Both the position numbers and the translations under genes were made by a program. The notes beneath the pieces are model-generated. The model was given only the letters and a program-made list of their open reading frames with translations. It had not been told where the DNA came from and did not search any database. A stretch of 24,770 nt of DNA from a virus (Duplodnaviria; Heunggongvirae; Uroviricota; Caudoviricetes), in IMG/VR virus record IMGVR_UViG_3300020426_000391. One strand, given 5' to 3'. Shown one piece after another: positions 1 to 8,308 of the stretch (its first letter is position 1; every line of letters begins with the position of its first letter).

Positions 1-1
1 T

Positions 2-460
2 GAACTTGCTCAGGGCCCCGAACTCGACGGGGACGATCTGGAGGAGTCGTCCATTGACGAGGACCGGTCGGCCTATGTCCAGGCCTTCCTCGGTGGTCAT
101 GGCCTCCTCGACTTCCCTTACCAACTGCTCCGCGCTGTGGGGATCCGCTCCGACGACGATCAGCTCCGGAATGCCCGCCTGCGTGTTGGCGACCGTGTGA
201 GAGATGGTGGAGCGCGGCTCCAGGTCCTCATAGCCCTCCTCCAGATATTCGAGTTCGAGCAGGGTCCGGAGGGGGTGGTCCGGCGCCGCCATGGTGGTGT
301 GCACCATGCTGTCGGGACCCTGGCTTCCGGTGAGCTCCTCCTGGAACTGCATGAGCTCGGAGAGAATTCTGCCGTCGAGATCGCCCATGGGGATCGTGAT
401 GGTGGCCTTGGCGATGGCGTGACCGTCCGTAGGGGCGTCTGGCAGGATCATGTTCTTCAT
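2..460 (-). CDS. DUF4262-like hypothetical protein (3' end runs off the window)
   Basis: Translated by hand; absent from the ORF track because there is no stop in the window. ATG at 460, open to the edge: MKNMILPDAPTDGH...ISHTVANTQAGIPELIVVGADPHSAEQLVREVEE...GRPVLVNG. Resembles the DUF4262 'YTVGL..GLPELVV.G....A..LLN' pattern. Confidence 0.6.
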   Translation of the reverse strand, partial: MKNMILPDAPTDGHAIAKATITIPMGDLDGRILSELMQFQEELTGSQGPDSMVHTTMAAPDHPLRTLLELEYLEEGYEDLEPRSTISHTVANTQAGIPELIVVGADPHSAEQLVREVEEAMTTEEGLDIGRPVLVNGRLLQIVPVEFGALSKF

Positions 461-468
461 CTTCCGTA

Positions 469-497
469 ATTGTCCCTCACCGGCGCTTTGCTGGCAA
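469..497 (-). promoter_or_regulatory. Putative sigma70-type promoter TTGCCA-N17-GACAAT
   Basis: Read on the minus strand between the terminator at 546-593 and the ATG at 460. The -10 box ends 8 nt before the ATG, implying a very short or leaderless transcript. Confidence 0.45.
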
Positions 498-545
498 GGC
501 GTTTTTCCGCTCTTTCCGAGTATTCTCACCTGCGTTTGAGGATGC

Positions 546-593
546 AAAAAAAAGGGGATCGCCCCCAGAGCGTCTTCGCGCTCCGGGGGCGAT
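546..593 (-). terminator. Rho-independent terminator
   Basis: Stem ATCGCCCCC(558-566)/GGGGGCGAT(585-593) extended by inner pairs, including a G-U that forms only on the minus strand. Followed after CCCC by U8 (A546-553). Lies directly after the stop of 598..810. Confidence 0.75.
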
Positions 594-597
594 GGGT

Positions 598-810
598 TCA
601 GGCGCTGACCGGGGTGTCGTCCGAATCGTCGGCCGCGATGATGACGCCGGCGATGACGGCCGCAAGAACGACGAGAGCGGTGATGGTGGGTCCGTCTCCG
701 CCGAGATTCGAGGCATTCTCGGCCGGCGCAGCGGCACGCTCCACTGCTGCGGCGGCGATGGGGGTTGCGCCGAGCGAGAGGGCTGCGGCTACGAGCAGGA
801 TCTTCTTCAT
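598..810 (-). CDS. Small secreted/membrane protein, 70 aa (Sphingomonadales-type)
   Basis: Signal peptide MKKILLVAAALSLGATPIAAAA, second hydrophobic helix ITALVVLAAVIAGVIIAA, acidic tail DDSDDTPVSA; SD AAGGA; own terminator. Confidence 0.85.
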   Translation of the reverse strand: MKKILLVAAALSLGATPIAAAAVERAAAPAENASNLGGDGPTITALVVLAAVIAGVIIAADDSDDTPVSA

Positions 811-878
811 GATGGTATTCCTTCGTTGTGGTGCCGTTTATGGCTTATCTTCCGTCGAGCGGAGGATCTCTGTTCGGC

Positions 879-1094
879 TCAGTCCAGCCAGAGCGTCGAA
901 TGGTTGAAGGCCTTGGCCCGGACGGGGAGCCATGCGAGGCCCCACACCTGAACTGCACGACCCTTGTCGCTCCATAGCTCCCGTCGCCCGAGGAAGGGCA
1001 CGGGTGGAGCCTCTTCCTCGCGGCTGAGGACGGCGCGACTTCGGACGACCTGCACGAGCAGGATGCCCGCGCCGATGAGCAGGAGTGCTTCCAT
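879..1094 (-). CDS. Hypothetical small membrane-anchored protein, 71 aa
   Basis: N-terminal hydrophobic stretch; purine-rich SD GAAGGGAAAAG; fills the gap between co-oriented neighbours. Confidence 0.55.
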   Translation of the reverse strand: MEALLLIGAGILLVQVVRSRAVLSREEEAPPVPFLGRRELWSDKGRAVQVWGLAWLPVRAKAFNHSTLWLD

Positions 1095-1113
1095 TATCTT
1101 TTTCCCTTCGGTG

Positions 1114-1902
1114 TCAGATCTCTCCGGTGAAGTAGAGAACGATCAGGGATATGAAGTTCATCAGGATGTGCGCGGCGATGGGCAGGGCCAGGGATCCGCT
1201 GCGCCACCTGATCCAGCCGAACACGGCTCCGGCCACGAACAGCGGCGGTATCGCGAGAGGCTGGAAGTGGATCAGGGCGAAGACCGCCGAAGTGATGGCG
1301 ATGGCATGGATCGGCGCCCTTTCGGTCTTTCCGCTCAGCTTGCGATGGATGGCCCCTTGAAGCTGGCCGCGGAACAGGATCTCCTCGAGAACCGGCGCAC
1401 CGACGGCTCCTGCGAGAACTACGACGGCCAGACCCGCGTATCCGCTGTTCATGGCATTCAGGAAGAGCACGAGTTCCGGCTGTATCGGCTTCTCACCGAG
1501 TGCCGTCTGGTAGGCCATGGTGAAGAGCATGACCGCGATTATGAGTGCGATCGTCGTCATGATCGATCGCCGGCTCAGGGCATGCGGCGAGGTGCCGTCC
1601 CATGCCGGCCGCAGATGTCGACACAGATACCGAGCCCTCACGGCGATGAGGCCGGCGGCTCCCAGGAACACACCGAACATCATGGTGATGGGAGCGATCA
1701 TCGGGACCGGGGTGGTCTCGCCGTTGATCTCCCTCATCGCCATCATGGGCTCCCCGCTGATGCCCGCCTGTGCCGCCCACGCGATCACGATGCCGATCAG
1801 CTGGAAGACGACCAGACCGACGATCCACAGTAGACTGGCGATGATGCCGGGATCCTTGTCGGTCGTTCCCTGCGGTATATCGTTGGTCATCATGGTCGCC
1901 AT
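1114..1902 (-). CDS. CPBP family intramembrane glutamic protease (Abi/CAAX-protease-like), about 262 aa
   Basis: Motifs EEILFRG, SAVFALIHF and SGSLALPIAAHILMNF, plus several TM helices. Start moved from 2331 to the ATG at 1902 (SD AGGAAG) because the extension overlaps the PAPS-reductase ORF. Confidence 0.92.
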   Translation of the reverse strand: MATMMTNDIPQGTTDKDPGIIASLLWIVGLVVFQLIGIVIAWAAQAGISGEPMMAMREINGETTPVPMIAPITMMFGVFLGAAGLIAVRARYLCRHLRPAWDGTSPHALSRRSIMTTIALIIAVMLFTMAYQTALGEKPIQPELVLFLNAMNSGYAGLAVVVLAGAVGAPVLEEILFRGQLQGAIHRKLSGKTERAPIHAIAITSAVFALIHFQPLAIPPLFVAGAVFGWIRWRSGSLALPIAAHILMNFISLIVLYFTGEI

Positions 1903-1952
1903 GTCTCTTCCTGTCGTGTTGTTTCCATCGGCTTTTAGGTCGGAAGCCGCCG

Positions 1953-2999
1953 TTATCCAAGCATTGTGGCCTCGCGTGGATCCGCGACGTAGCCGGAGAA
2001 CCCCATGATGCCGGCGATCTCCTTCCTGATCCGTGCGATGTCGCCCCAATCGGATGAAGTCAGATCCGATTGGTTCCTCATCCTGTATGGCTCTGGATAG
2101 GACGCCTCGAGGGCCTTTCGCCTCTCGGACCTGTGCTTCGCTTCGTTCAGGCCCTGGAGTGATTCCGCGTCGAGAAGCTCCGGTCTCACGTCTCCGAGCC
2201 AGCGTGCCGGCTGGAACGAGGATGCGTAGCGGATCTCCATCTCCACGAGCGTGAGATAGGTGTCCCGGTTCTGATCCTGCCCCGAGGACACGTCGAGGTC
2301 GTTGATGCTTGCGAGGACGCAGAAGTTGCACGACAGACGGGTCGATCCCAGGTGGTAGGCCTCGTGCAGGGGTATTCCCTGTTCCTCATGGATGTCGAAG
2401 ACGTCCTGCGTGGTCCAGTCGACGATCGGATTCCAGGTCATGCAGTCCGAGCGCTTGTGACGCTTCATCCCCGTATCGAGGGATTCGAACGGCGCCCTCG
2501 AGCGTCCGTGGCTTTCGTCCCGTCTGATCCCCATGACGCTGACCACGGGGCCATCGAGATCCTTCTTGTGCGCGCTCATGACATGGATCTTCTGCTCTGC
2601 GGTGCAGAATTTGAGCGAGGCGCTCGACCAGGGCCCTACGAGATTGACGGTCTCTCCTCTGGACCATCTCTGGATACCCAGTTCGCCCCTGCGCTCCCAT
2701 CTCGCCACCATGTCCTGCGTCTTGTGTCTGACGGTCCGGAGAGGCAGCCCGAAGTGGTCCGCCAGTCGTTCGACATGAGGCATGGTGGATTTCCATTCTG
2801 ACCGACCCAGATCGGAATGGAGCATGAAACGGCGTTCGGGTGGGTGTCCGATGCTGTCCAGCAGAGGCAGCGTCGCGGCGATCGCGGCGGAGGAATCCTT
2901 GCCGCCGGACACCGAAAAGACGACCCAGGCTCCTGCCCGTATGATCTCTTCCACGGCGGGAGCATCGGCGAATGCCGTGATGCTCCCGCTGCGTTTCAT
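1953..2999 (-). CDS. Phosphoadenosine phosphosulfate (PAPS) reductase family protein, 348 aa
   Basis: PP-loop SVSGGKDS, FCTAEQKI, GIRRDES, WNPIVDWT, and C-terminal RLSCNFC (RxxCxxC, Fe-S type). Confidence 0.9.
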   Translation of the reverse strand: MKRSGSITAFADAPAVEEIIRAGAWVVFSVSGGKDSSAAIAATLPLLDSIGHPPERRFMLHSDLGRSEWKSTMPHVERLADHFGLPLRTVRHKTQDMVARWERRGELGIQRWSRGETVNLVGPWSSASLKFCTAEQKIHVMSAHKKDLDGPVVSVMGIRRDESHGRSRAPFESLDTGMKRHKRSDCMTWNPIVDWTTQDVFDIHEEQGIPLHEAYHLGSTRLSCNFCVLASINDLDVSSGQDQNRDTYLTLVEMEIRYASSFQPARWLGDVRPELLDAESLQGLNEAKHRSERRKALEASYPEPYRMRNQSDLTSSDWGDIARIRKEIAGIMGFSGYVADPREATMLG

Positions 3000-3000
3000 A

Positions 3001-3756
3001 TCAGACGTGTCCTTCCTCGCGGTGTTCCTGCTTCTCGTGAGCGGGATCCTTGGGATGTCCGAACCCTTCGAAGATGCGTTCCATCTTCCACTTGCAGTCC
3101 CGCTTGCCCTCGAGGGTGAGGATCGAGCAGTTCGCCGGGTTCGGCTCGTTCTCGCACCATTCCCAAGGGAGATGCTTCCACTCGCGTGCGAAGCAGCGGA
3201 TCGTCACCCCGTGACTGACGACGACGATATCGGAGTATCCGTCGTCCATGGCGCGGTGGATCATGCCGAAGCTGGTCCGCACGCGGTCGCAGACCCGGGC
3301 TCGTGATTCACCCATCGGCATCGGGGCGAAGAACTCGCCCTTCAGGCCGGCGTCCATGCCCTCGAACTGCGCGTGCTTCTCGTAGTGGGCGTATTCTCGC
3401 GGATAGACCTCGGCCAGCTCTTCCGTCGAATATCCGTCGAAAAGTCCGAAGGACTGCTCCCGGAGGCTGAGCGCCTCCTTCCTGACGTATTCGAGTCCCT
3501 GCTTCCTGATGCCCTCCTCCACGCCGTCCGCGGTCTGACGCGTCCGCAGGTAGGGTGAGACGAGCATGAGGACGCGGCGCCGATGGAAGCCTTCGACGCC
3601 CTCCTGGATGTGCTCCCCAAGGAAGCGGCCCGCCTTCTTGGCCTGTTCGTGTCCTTCGGGTGCCAGTTCGATAGCGTGATCGGGCTTGCGCTTGTTGACC
3701 TCCGTCGAGAGGTTCGATTCCGAGAGGCCGTGCCTCACCAGATGGATGCGATGCAT
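3001..3756 (-). CDS. Histidine phosphatase (phosphoglycerate mutase-like) family protein, about 251 aa
   Basis: LVRHG catalytic motif, SPYLRTRQTA, LREQSFG, GES, VVSHG. Start moved to the ATG at 3756 after SD AGGAAAGGAAAAAG. Confidence 0.92.
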   Translation of the reverse strand: MHRIHLVRHGLSESNLSTEVNKRKPDHAIELAPEGHEQAKKAGRFLGEHIQEGVEGFHRRRVLMLVSPYLRTRQTADGVEEGIRKQGLEYVRKEALSLREQSFGLFDGYSTEELAEVYPREYAHYEKHAQFEGMDAGLKGEFFAPMPMGESRARVCDRVRTSFGMIHRAMDDGYSDIVVVSHGVTIRCFAREWKHLPWEWCENEPNPANCSILTLEGKRDCKWKMERIFEGFGHPKDPAHEKQEHREEGHV

Positions 3757-3797
3757 CTTTTTCCTTTCCTGATGTCGTCTACGTCGGCGACATGTTC

Positions 3798-4181
3798 TCA
3801 CTGGATCCTGTGTGTGAAGTCGCAATCCTCGAGCGCGAACTGCCTGACGGCCTGCTTGTCCTCGTCCCAGGCCTCGAGCAGCCATCCCTCTTCGGGATGC
3901 CATTCGGTGCTGCCCCATGACAGGCCGGTCGGGATCGCCTGACGGATGCCGTGTTCTCCTCGCCAGTTCGTGTATCCGAAGGCGATGCTATGCGCTGGGT
4001 CCCTATCCGGCGCCGACGAAAGGGCTTCGATGGCCTCGCGTGCGATCGCCTCCCAGTCCAGCTTCTCCTGCTCCGGACAACGGTCATAGGGAAAACGCGA
4101 GGGATTGACTTCCATGCGTCGTAGCTTCGCGTCCCTGAGCCTTGCTGCGAGCTCCTTCACGTCTGCGTCTTCCATTCTCAT
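3798..4181 (-). CDS. Stand-alone WYL-domain protein, 127 aa
   Basis: C-terminal YTNWRGEHGIRQAIPTGLSWGSTEWHPEEGWLLEAWDEDKQAVRQFAL matches the WYL pattern (Y...R.I.P..L....W.L.A.D......R.F). ATGA overlap with the upstream gene. Confidence 0.75.
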   Translation of the reverse strand: MRMEDADVKELAARLRDAKLRRMEVNPSRFPYDRCPEQEKLDWEAIAREAIEALSSAPDRDPAHSIAFGYTNWRGEHGIRQAIPTGLSWGSTEWHPEEGWLLEAWDEDKQAVRQFALEDCDFTHRIQ

Positions 4182-5032
4182 TCTCCCTGTTCGACGATCT
4201 CGAGCCTGTCCATCGTGAGGGCGTCGGTCGCGAATACGGCCGTTCCATCATCGTATCCCGCCTCGACCACGATGGGGCCTTCGGGGACCAGTCCGAGTGC
4301 TTGACAGATCGCCGAGACGGGGCGCCCGACGCTGCCTGTCAGGAGGCTGTGATTCACCATTGCCCTGGGCAGGTGCAGTTCGCCGTTGGACCATGTCCAA
4401 TTGCGATCGTGATCCCTCATCCTGAGCATGCGGATCCCCGCCCTGGTCTCGATTTCCGTCTCTATGCGACCGTTGGGCAGTCTCATCGACCCCCGGTCGA
4501 GCATGTCATTCATGCTCTCGACTTTCCGCCAGCCGGGCTTCTTGGTGTCGAGCGCGGCGATGGCGGACGGGTCGAACGCCCTGAGATCGATCGCCTCGTT
4601 CTTGGCGGCTGTCTTGGCGAGCTGATGCGCGGCCTGTCTCGACCATGATGAGGGAAGCGGCATGCTGGAGTGGATGTCGCATTCGTCGAGTTGCTCGATC
4701 ATCGCATCGATCTCGATCTCCGTCTCGACCATGTCGACCATGTCGGTGGTCATCTCGACGAGCTGATGGAGGCCGTGCGGGAATGCGATGTCCAGCGTGT
4801 ACACCTTGTCCTCGTCACTGGTGATCGCGTTCCTCACGAGGTCGAACCCGTTGTCCGAGCATATCCTTCGCAGGTCTTCCTCTATCCGTGCGAAATCCCC
4901 CAGACCGGGAGTCCGAGCTGCGTTGAGATCGTGGACATACTGCCACATCTCCATGACCCACCCGCGGATGGCATCCCCATGCTCTGCATACAGGATGAAA
5001 GGATCGAAGAGATCCCGTGCCGACGAATTCAT
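4178..5032 (-). CDS. Hypothetical protein, shared C-terminal module family (member 1), about 284 aa
   Basis: TGATG coupling at 5030-5034. C-terminus WSNGELHLPRAMVNHSLLTGSVGRPVSAIC. Confidence 0.75.
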   Translation of the reverse strand: MNSSARDLFDPFILYAEHGDAIRGWVMEMWQYVHDLNAARTPGLGDFARIEEDLRRICSDNGFDLVRNAITSDEDKVYTLDIAFPHGLHQLVEMTTDMVDMVETEIEIDAMIEQLDECDIHSSMPLPSSWSRQAAHQLAKTAAKNEAIDLRAFDPSAIAALDTKKPGWRKVESMNDMLDRGSMRLPNGRIETEIETRAGIRMLRMRDHDRNWTWSNGELHLPRAMVNHSLLTGSVGRPVSAICQALGLVPEGPIVVEAGYDDGTAVFATDALTMDRLEIVEQGE

Positions 5033-5931
5033 CAGTCCTTCGTGCATGGGAAGCTCCTGGCGAGGCGAATGCCCTCATCATAGCCATCGGTCTCGATCTG
5101 GACCCCGGCCCCCTTGTTGACTGCGCTTGCGATATGGATGCCGTCGAAAGGCATTGGCATGTCGACGACATCCCTGAGCGACTGCCCCCTCAGGGATGCG
5201 AGGATCGTCTCGGGAAGACGTTCGGGAAGGCAGACGTGATTTCCCAGGAACATCAGGCCGGCGGTGTTGTAGGGGCCGATGTGGACCATGCCCATTCGTT
5301 TCTTGATGATCAGTTTTCCATTCGGATGATCGCAGTCCATTGGCGTCTCCACTAGGAGTCCGCGTGTATCGAGGAATCTGGCGAGACGATCATCATTCCT
5401 CGTCTCCTCCGCATCGCGGACCTGGTCGACCCGGAGACGTGGTGTCGTTCCCTCCTCGATCGCCTTCTTCAGATCCTCGTCCGTGATCCTGACCAGATGG
5501 TTCAGGGCAAGTCTTTCGAAGGCAATCGGCCTGTCTCCGAGCCATGTCGACATTTCCGTGCAGAACGCCTGTTCGGCGTAGCCCGATGCCTGGAGATCCT
5601 GCACCGCATCTTCGCCGTCCATCATCTTGAGACTTTCGCTCATGGTGCCCAGCATCATGAGTCCTTGATTCGAAGACGACGGGTCAAAGCTGAGGATATC
5701 CTTCGTGAGGCCGTGCTCGCACAGCGCGAATGTCTTCGTCTGGCATGACCCTGTCATCCGTAGATTTATTCCGCAGGCCGCGGAGTGGGATATCAGAGAT
5801 TCGGAGCATTTCTTTCCTGACGCAAGATCATCGTGAAGGATGTCGATGATCCCGGACATCCAGTTCCGCAGGCGCGGTATGTTGCTCTCGATCAACAGGT
5901 GATGGTCGAAGATCTGATGCGGTTTCAGCAT
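5032..5931 (-). CDS. Hypothetical protein, shared C-terminal module family (member 2), 299 aa
   Basis: C-terminus FLGNHVCLPERLPETILASLRGQSLRDVVDMP; overlaps both neighbours. Confidence 0.78.
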   Translation of the reverse strand: MLKPHQIFDHHLLIESNIPRLRNWMSGIIDILHDDLASGKKCSESLISHSAACGINLRMTGSCQTKTFALCEHGLTKDILSFDPSSSNQGLMMLGTMSESLKMMDGEDAVQDLQASGYAEQAFCTEMSTWLGDRPIAFERLALNHLVRITDEDLKKAIEEGTTPRLRVDQVRDAEETRNDDRLARFLDTRGLLVETPMDCDHPNGKLIIKKRMGMVHIGPYNTAGLMFLGNHVCLPERLPETILASLRGQSLRDVVDMPMPFDGIHIASAVNKGAGVQIETDGYDEGIRLARSFPCTKD

Positions 5932-6680
5932 TCTTCGTGCCTCCTTCCGCTTGCGGGTTCGAATGTCTCCTCGAGATGTATGATGGTCGTGCTCTCAGGG
6001 CACTCGACGTGCCGGACGGTCGCTTCCGTGAACGCGCTGCCGTATGGGTCGCCTTCCATAAGAGATGCTGCATCCCTCCCCACGATGCCGGCCATCGTCG
6101 AGGCGGGCAGACGGACCTGGGACATGATCAGGTGACCGTTCCGGTAGTAGGTTCTGCCGAGGGATGCCTGCACGAGGATCCTGCCCTGCGCGATCTTCAT
6201 CCCTATGTCATCGTCGAGCTTGTCGTAGCTTTTCCCGTAGCCCATCCTTTTCTCGTAGACGGAGGCTATCTCTCGGGACACTGTGGTCCTCCATTCCTCC
6301 CCCAGTTGGGCCTCGAGGATCGCACGGGCGCAGCTGGATATGTCCAGGGCCGCGAGATCCCCAGGGGTCCACGGTCCTCCCTGACGGATGATCCTGACGA
6401 GGCGGACCAACTCCGCCCTCATGGCCTTTATGTCCGGCCTCAGGTATGTCTTCCCATGGAGGTATCCGTTGGCATCGACCGCCACGCCGCGGATGCTCTT
6501 GTTCCCTGACACGGTCTCGGGCTCCATCCCGATCGATTCCATGACGCGGAGAAGCGTCGTCCTCACGCTGTCCTTGTCGCTGACATCGAGATCGAGACCG
6601 ATCTCCTTCGCGTAGGCCGTCGCCTCTTCCCGCTGCTTCAGCTTTTTCTCGCGTTTCGGGGATATCGGCTGTTCGGTCAT
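5925..6680 (-). CDS. Hypothetical protein, shared C-terminal module family (member 3), 251 aa
   Basis: SD AAGGGAGAAGGG. C-terminus YRNGHLIMSQVRLPASTMAGIVGRDAASLMEGDP. Confidence 0.78.
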   Translation of the reverse strand: MTEQPISPKREKKLKQREEATAYAKEIGLDLDVSDKDSVRTTLLRVMESIGMEPETVSGNKSIRGVAVDANGYLHGKTYLRPDIKAMRAELVRLVRIIRQGGPWTPGDLAALDISSCARAILEAQLGEEWRTTVSREIASVYEKRMGYGKSYDKLDDDIGMKIAQGRILVQASLGRTYYRNGHLIMSQVRLPASTMAGIVGRDAASLMEGDPYGSAFTEATVRHVECPESTTIIHLEETFEPASGRRHEEC

Positions 6681-6696
6681 GCCCTTCTCCCTTTTT

Positions 6697-7632
6697 TCAG
6701 TCTGCGCGACGCTTCATGATGGTGAGGCGGTCCCTTGCGTCGGTGCGGATGGCGATGCCGGGCTTGACTCCATTGGAAGGCTCCATGGAAAGCACCTTCA
6801 GTCCCAGTCCCCTTGTCATCGGCGTCTCGACGATATCGTCGAGTGATCTGCCCACCGATGCGAGCATGATCGTGTCTGGAAGGACCTTGTCGAGGAACAG
6901 CATATCCCCTCTAATGGTGCCCTTCTCGTGACGCTGGCCGTTTGCGCCGAGTATCCCGAGGCGCCTCACGAGATCGAAGTATCCGAATGCTGTGGCTTCC
7001 GCCTTGCGTCCGTTTCCGATGGCCGGCGTCCTGCTGTCCATTCTATCCTGGAAGACGGGGTCGCGCAGATATTCCATTCCGCGTCCTTCCTGTGGCTCTT
7101 CCATGTGCAGCTTGACGTCGAAGCTCGGTTCCTGACAATACCAGTCGAAAGAGCCGCGGCTGACGTGATCGAGTATCCGGATCGTTATCGGATCGACAGC
7201 GAAGGCCTTCCATCCTGACCGTATGAGTTCTCGTTCACCGATCGCGTGTGCGATCTTCATGCCCGGTCCCGTCCATTTGTCGGGGGCAGTGCGGCTCTCG
7301 ATATCCTCGATGAGCCTGTGCATCGCATCGATGCCCTCCTGACATCCCGCTCCATCCCCCTCGAACAGGAATACGGCCCGTTCGCCGGGGCAATGCTTCA
7401 GACCGAGATCCCGGGATACATCGCCTTCGCTTTCGCTATGGCAATGAGTCGTCATCGTCATCGGGAGGCCCATCTGCATGGATCTGTCGTGGATCCTCTC
7501 CGTGACCCGGATGGAATCCCGATCGTTCCGGTGCTCCTCGAGGATGACGATCATCTCGTTCGCCCAGTCTATGAGGGATTTCCCGACCTCGTTTATCAGC
7601 GAGGACCTGTCGAATAGGAGTTCCGGGGTCAT
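6697..7632 (-). CDS. Hypothetical protein, shared C-terminal module family (member 4), about 311 aa
   Basis: Start moved to the ATG at 7632 (SD CAGGAG). C-terminus IRGDMLFLDKVLPDTIMLASVGRSLDDIVETPMTRGLGLKV. Confidence 0.78.
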   Translation of the reverse strand: MTPELLFDRSSLINEVGKSLIDWANEMIVILEEHRNDRDSIRVTERIHDRSMQMGLPMTMTTHCHSESEGDVSRDLGLKHCPGERAVFLFEGDGAGCQEGIDAMHRLIEDIESRTAPDKWTGPGMKIAHAIGERELIRSGWKAFAVDPITIRILDHVSRGSFDWYCQEPSFDVKLHMEEPQEGRGMEYLRDPVFQDRMDSRTPAIGNGRKAEATAFGYFDLVRRLGILGANGQRHEKGTIRGDMLFLDKVLPDTIMLASVGRSLDDIVETPMTRGLGLKVLSMEPSNGVKPGIAIRTDARDRLTIMKRRAD

Positions 7633-7654
7633 GCTGCTTGCTCCTGTGAGGGGC

Positions 7655-7685
7655 AAAGAAAAAGGGCCGGCGGTGCCGGCCCTTT
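7655..7685 (-). terminator. Rho-independent terminator
   Basis: Stem AAAGGGCCGGC(7661-7671)/GCCGGCCCTTT(7675-7685) with a U-rich tail on the minus strand, 21 nt after the stop of 7707..8240. Confidence 0.8.
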
Positions 7686-7706
7686 CGGTTGTCTGGGGAA
7701 ACGGGA

Positions 7707-8240
7707 TCAGAGACCGGCGAGCGAGATGACCGGCTTGCCCTGCTGCCGTGCCATGAGGACATAGCCCTCGTCCGGGGTCATGAGCGCGATGCGGTTTCCG
7801 GCAGCGAAGATCTGCTGTCCCTCGCCGAACAGACCGTCCTGCTTGAAGACCACCTCGTTGCGTCCGCTGTCGCCGTATTTCACGACCACGGCCGACTGCT
7901 TCGAATTGGTGTACATGCGCGCGGTGTCCATTGTTCCGTCGCCGTCATAGTCGACCTGCACGGCGATGGAGAACCGATCCGGACGGTAGTTCGGATTTTC
8001 GGTGTTCTCGAGCATGTATTCCTGCGTGACGACGCGCCATGGATCCTTGGCCGGATCGATGGTCCCGATGTCACCGAGATAGGCGCCCTGCGTCTCGGAG
8101 AGCGTCTCGTTCGCGAGATCCTTGGCCTGTGCAGCGTAGATCGCCTGGACCTCGTTGCCCATGTCGGTCGAATTCTGCGCAGCGGCCATGGTCGGGATCA
8201 TCCCGAAGGCTGCGGCGGCGATGACGATGATCTTCTTCAT
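7707..8240 (-). CDS. Secreted hypothetical protein with a DxDxDG-type motif, about 177 aa
   Basis: Signal peptide MKKIIVIAAAAFGMIPTMAAA-Q; VDYDGDGTMDTA loop (EF-hand/FG-GAP-like, putative Ca-binding). Start moved to 8240 (SD GGAAGGAAAA). Confidence 0.8.
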   Translation of the reverse strand: MKKIIVIAAAAFGMIPTMAAAQNSTDMGNEVQAIYAAQAKDLANETLSETQGAYLGDIGTIDPAKDPWRVVTQEYMLENTENPNYRPDRFSIAVQVDYDGDGTMDTARMYTNSKQSAVVVKYGDSGRNEVVFKQDGLFGEGQQIFAAGNRIALMTPDEGYVLMARQQGKPVISLAGL

Positions 8241-8308
8241 TGGGATTTTCCTTCCAACTTCCCTTCTATGCAATGGAGGCCATTAACGCAGGGATAATGG
8301 ACCGCTCA

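Noticed and set aside
598-810. Inovirus major coat protein or conjugative pilin
   Set aside because: The C-terminus is acidic rather than basic, there is only one mature TM helix, and no Zot/pI or trb/virB neighbours are present.
1903-2331. 5' extensions in the ORF track (also 3757-3918, 10400-10510, 10600-10842, 13292-13534, 14749-15054, 22306-22443)
   Set aside because: They overlap upstream genes; downstream ATGs have clear SD sites or stop-start coupling.
3711-3717. GGTTCGA T-loop-like words (also 5956-5964)
   Set aside because: Inside coding genes, with no cloverleaf or acceptor stem.
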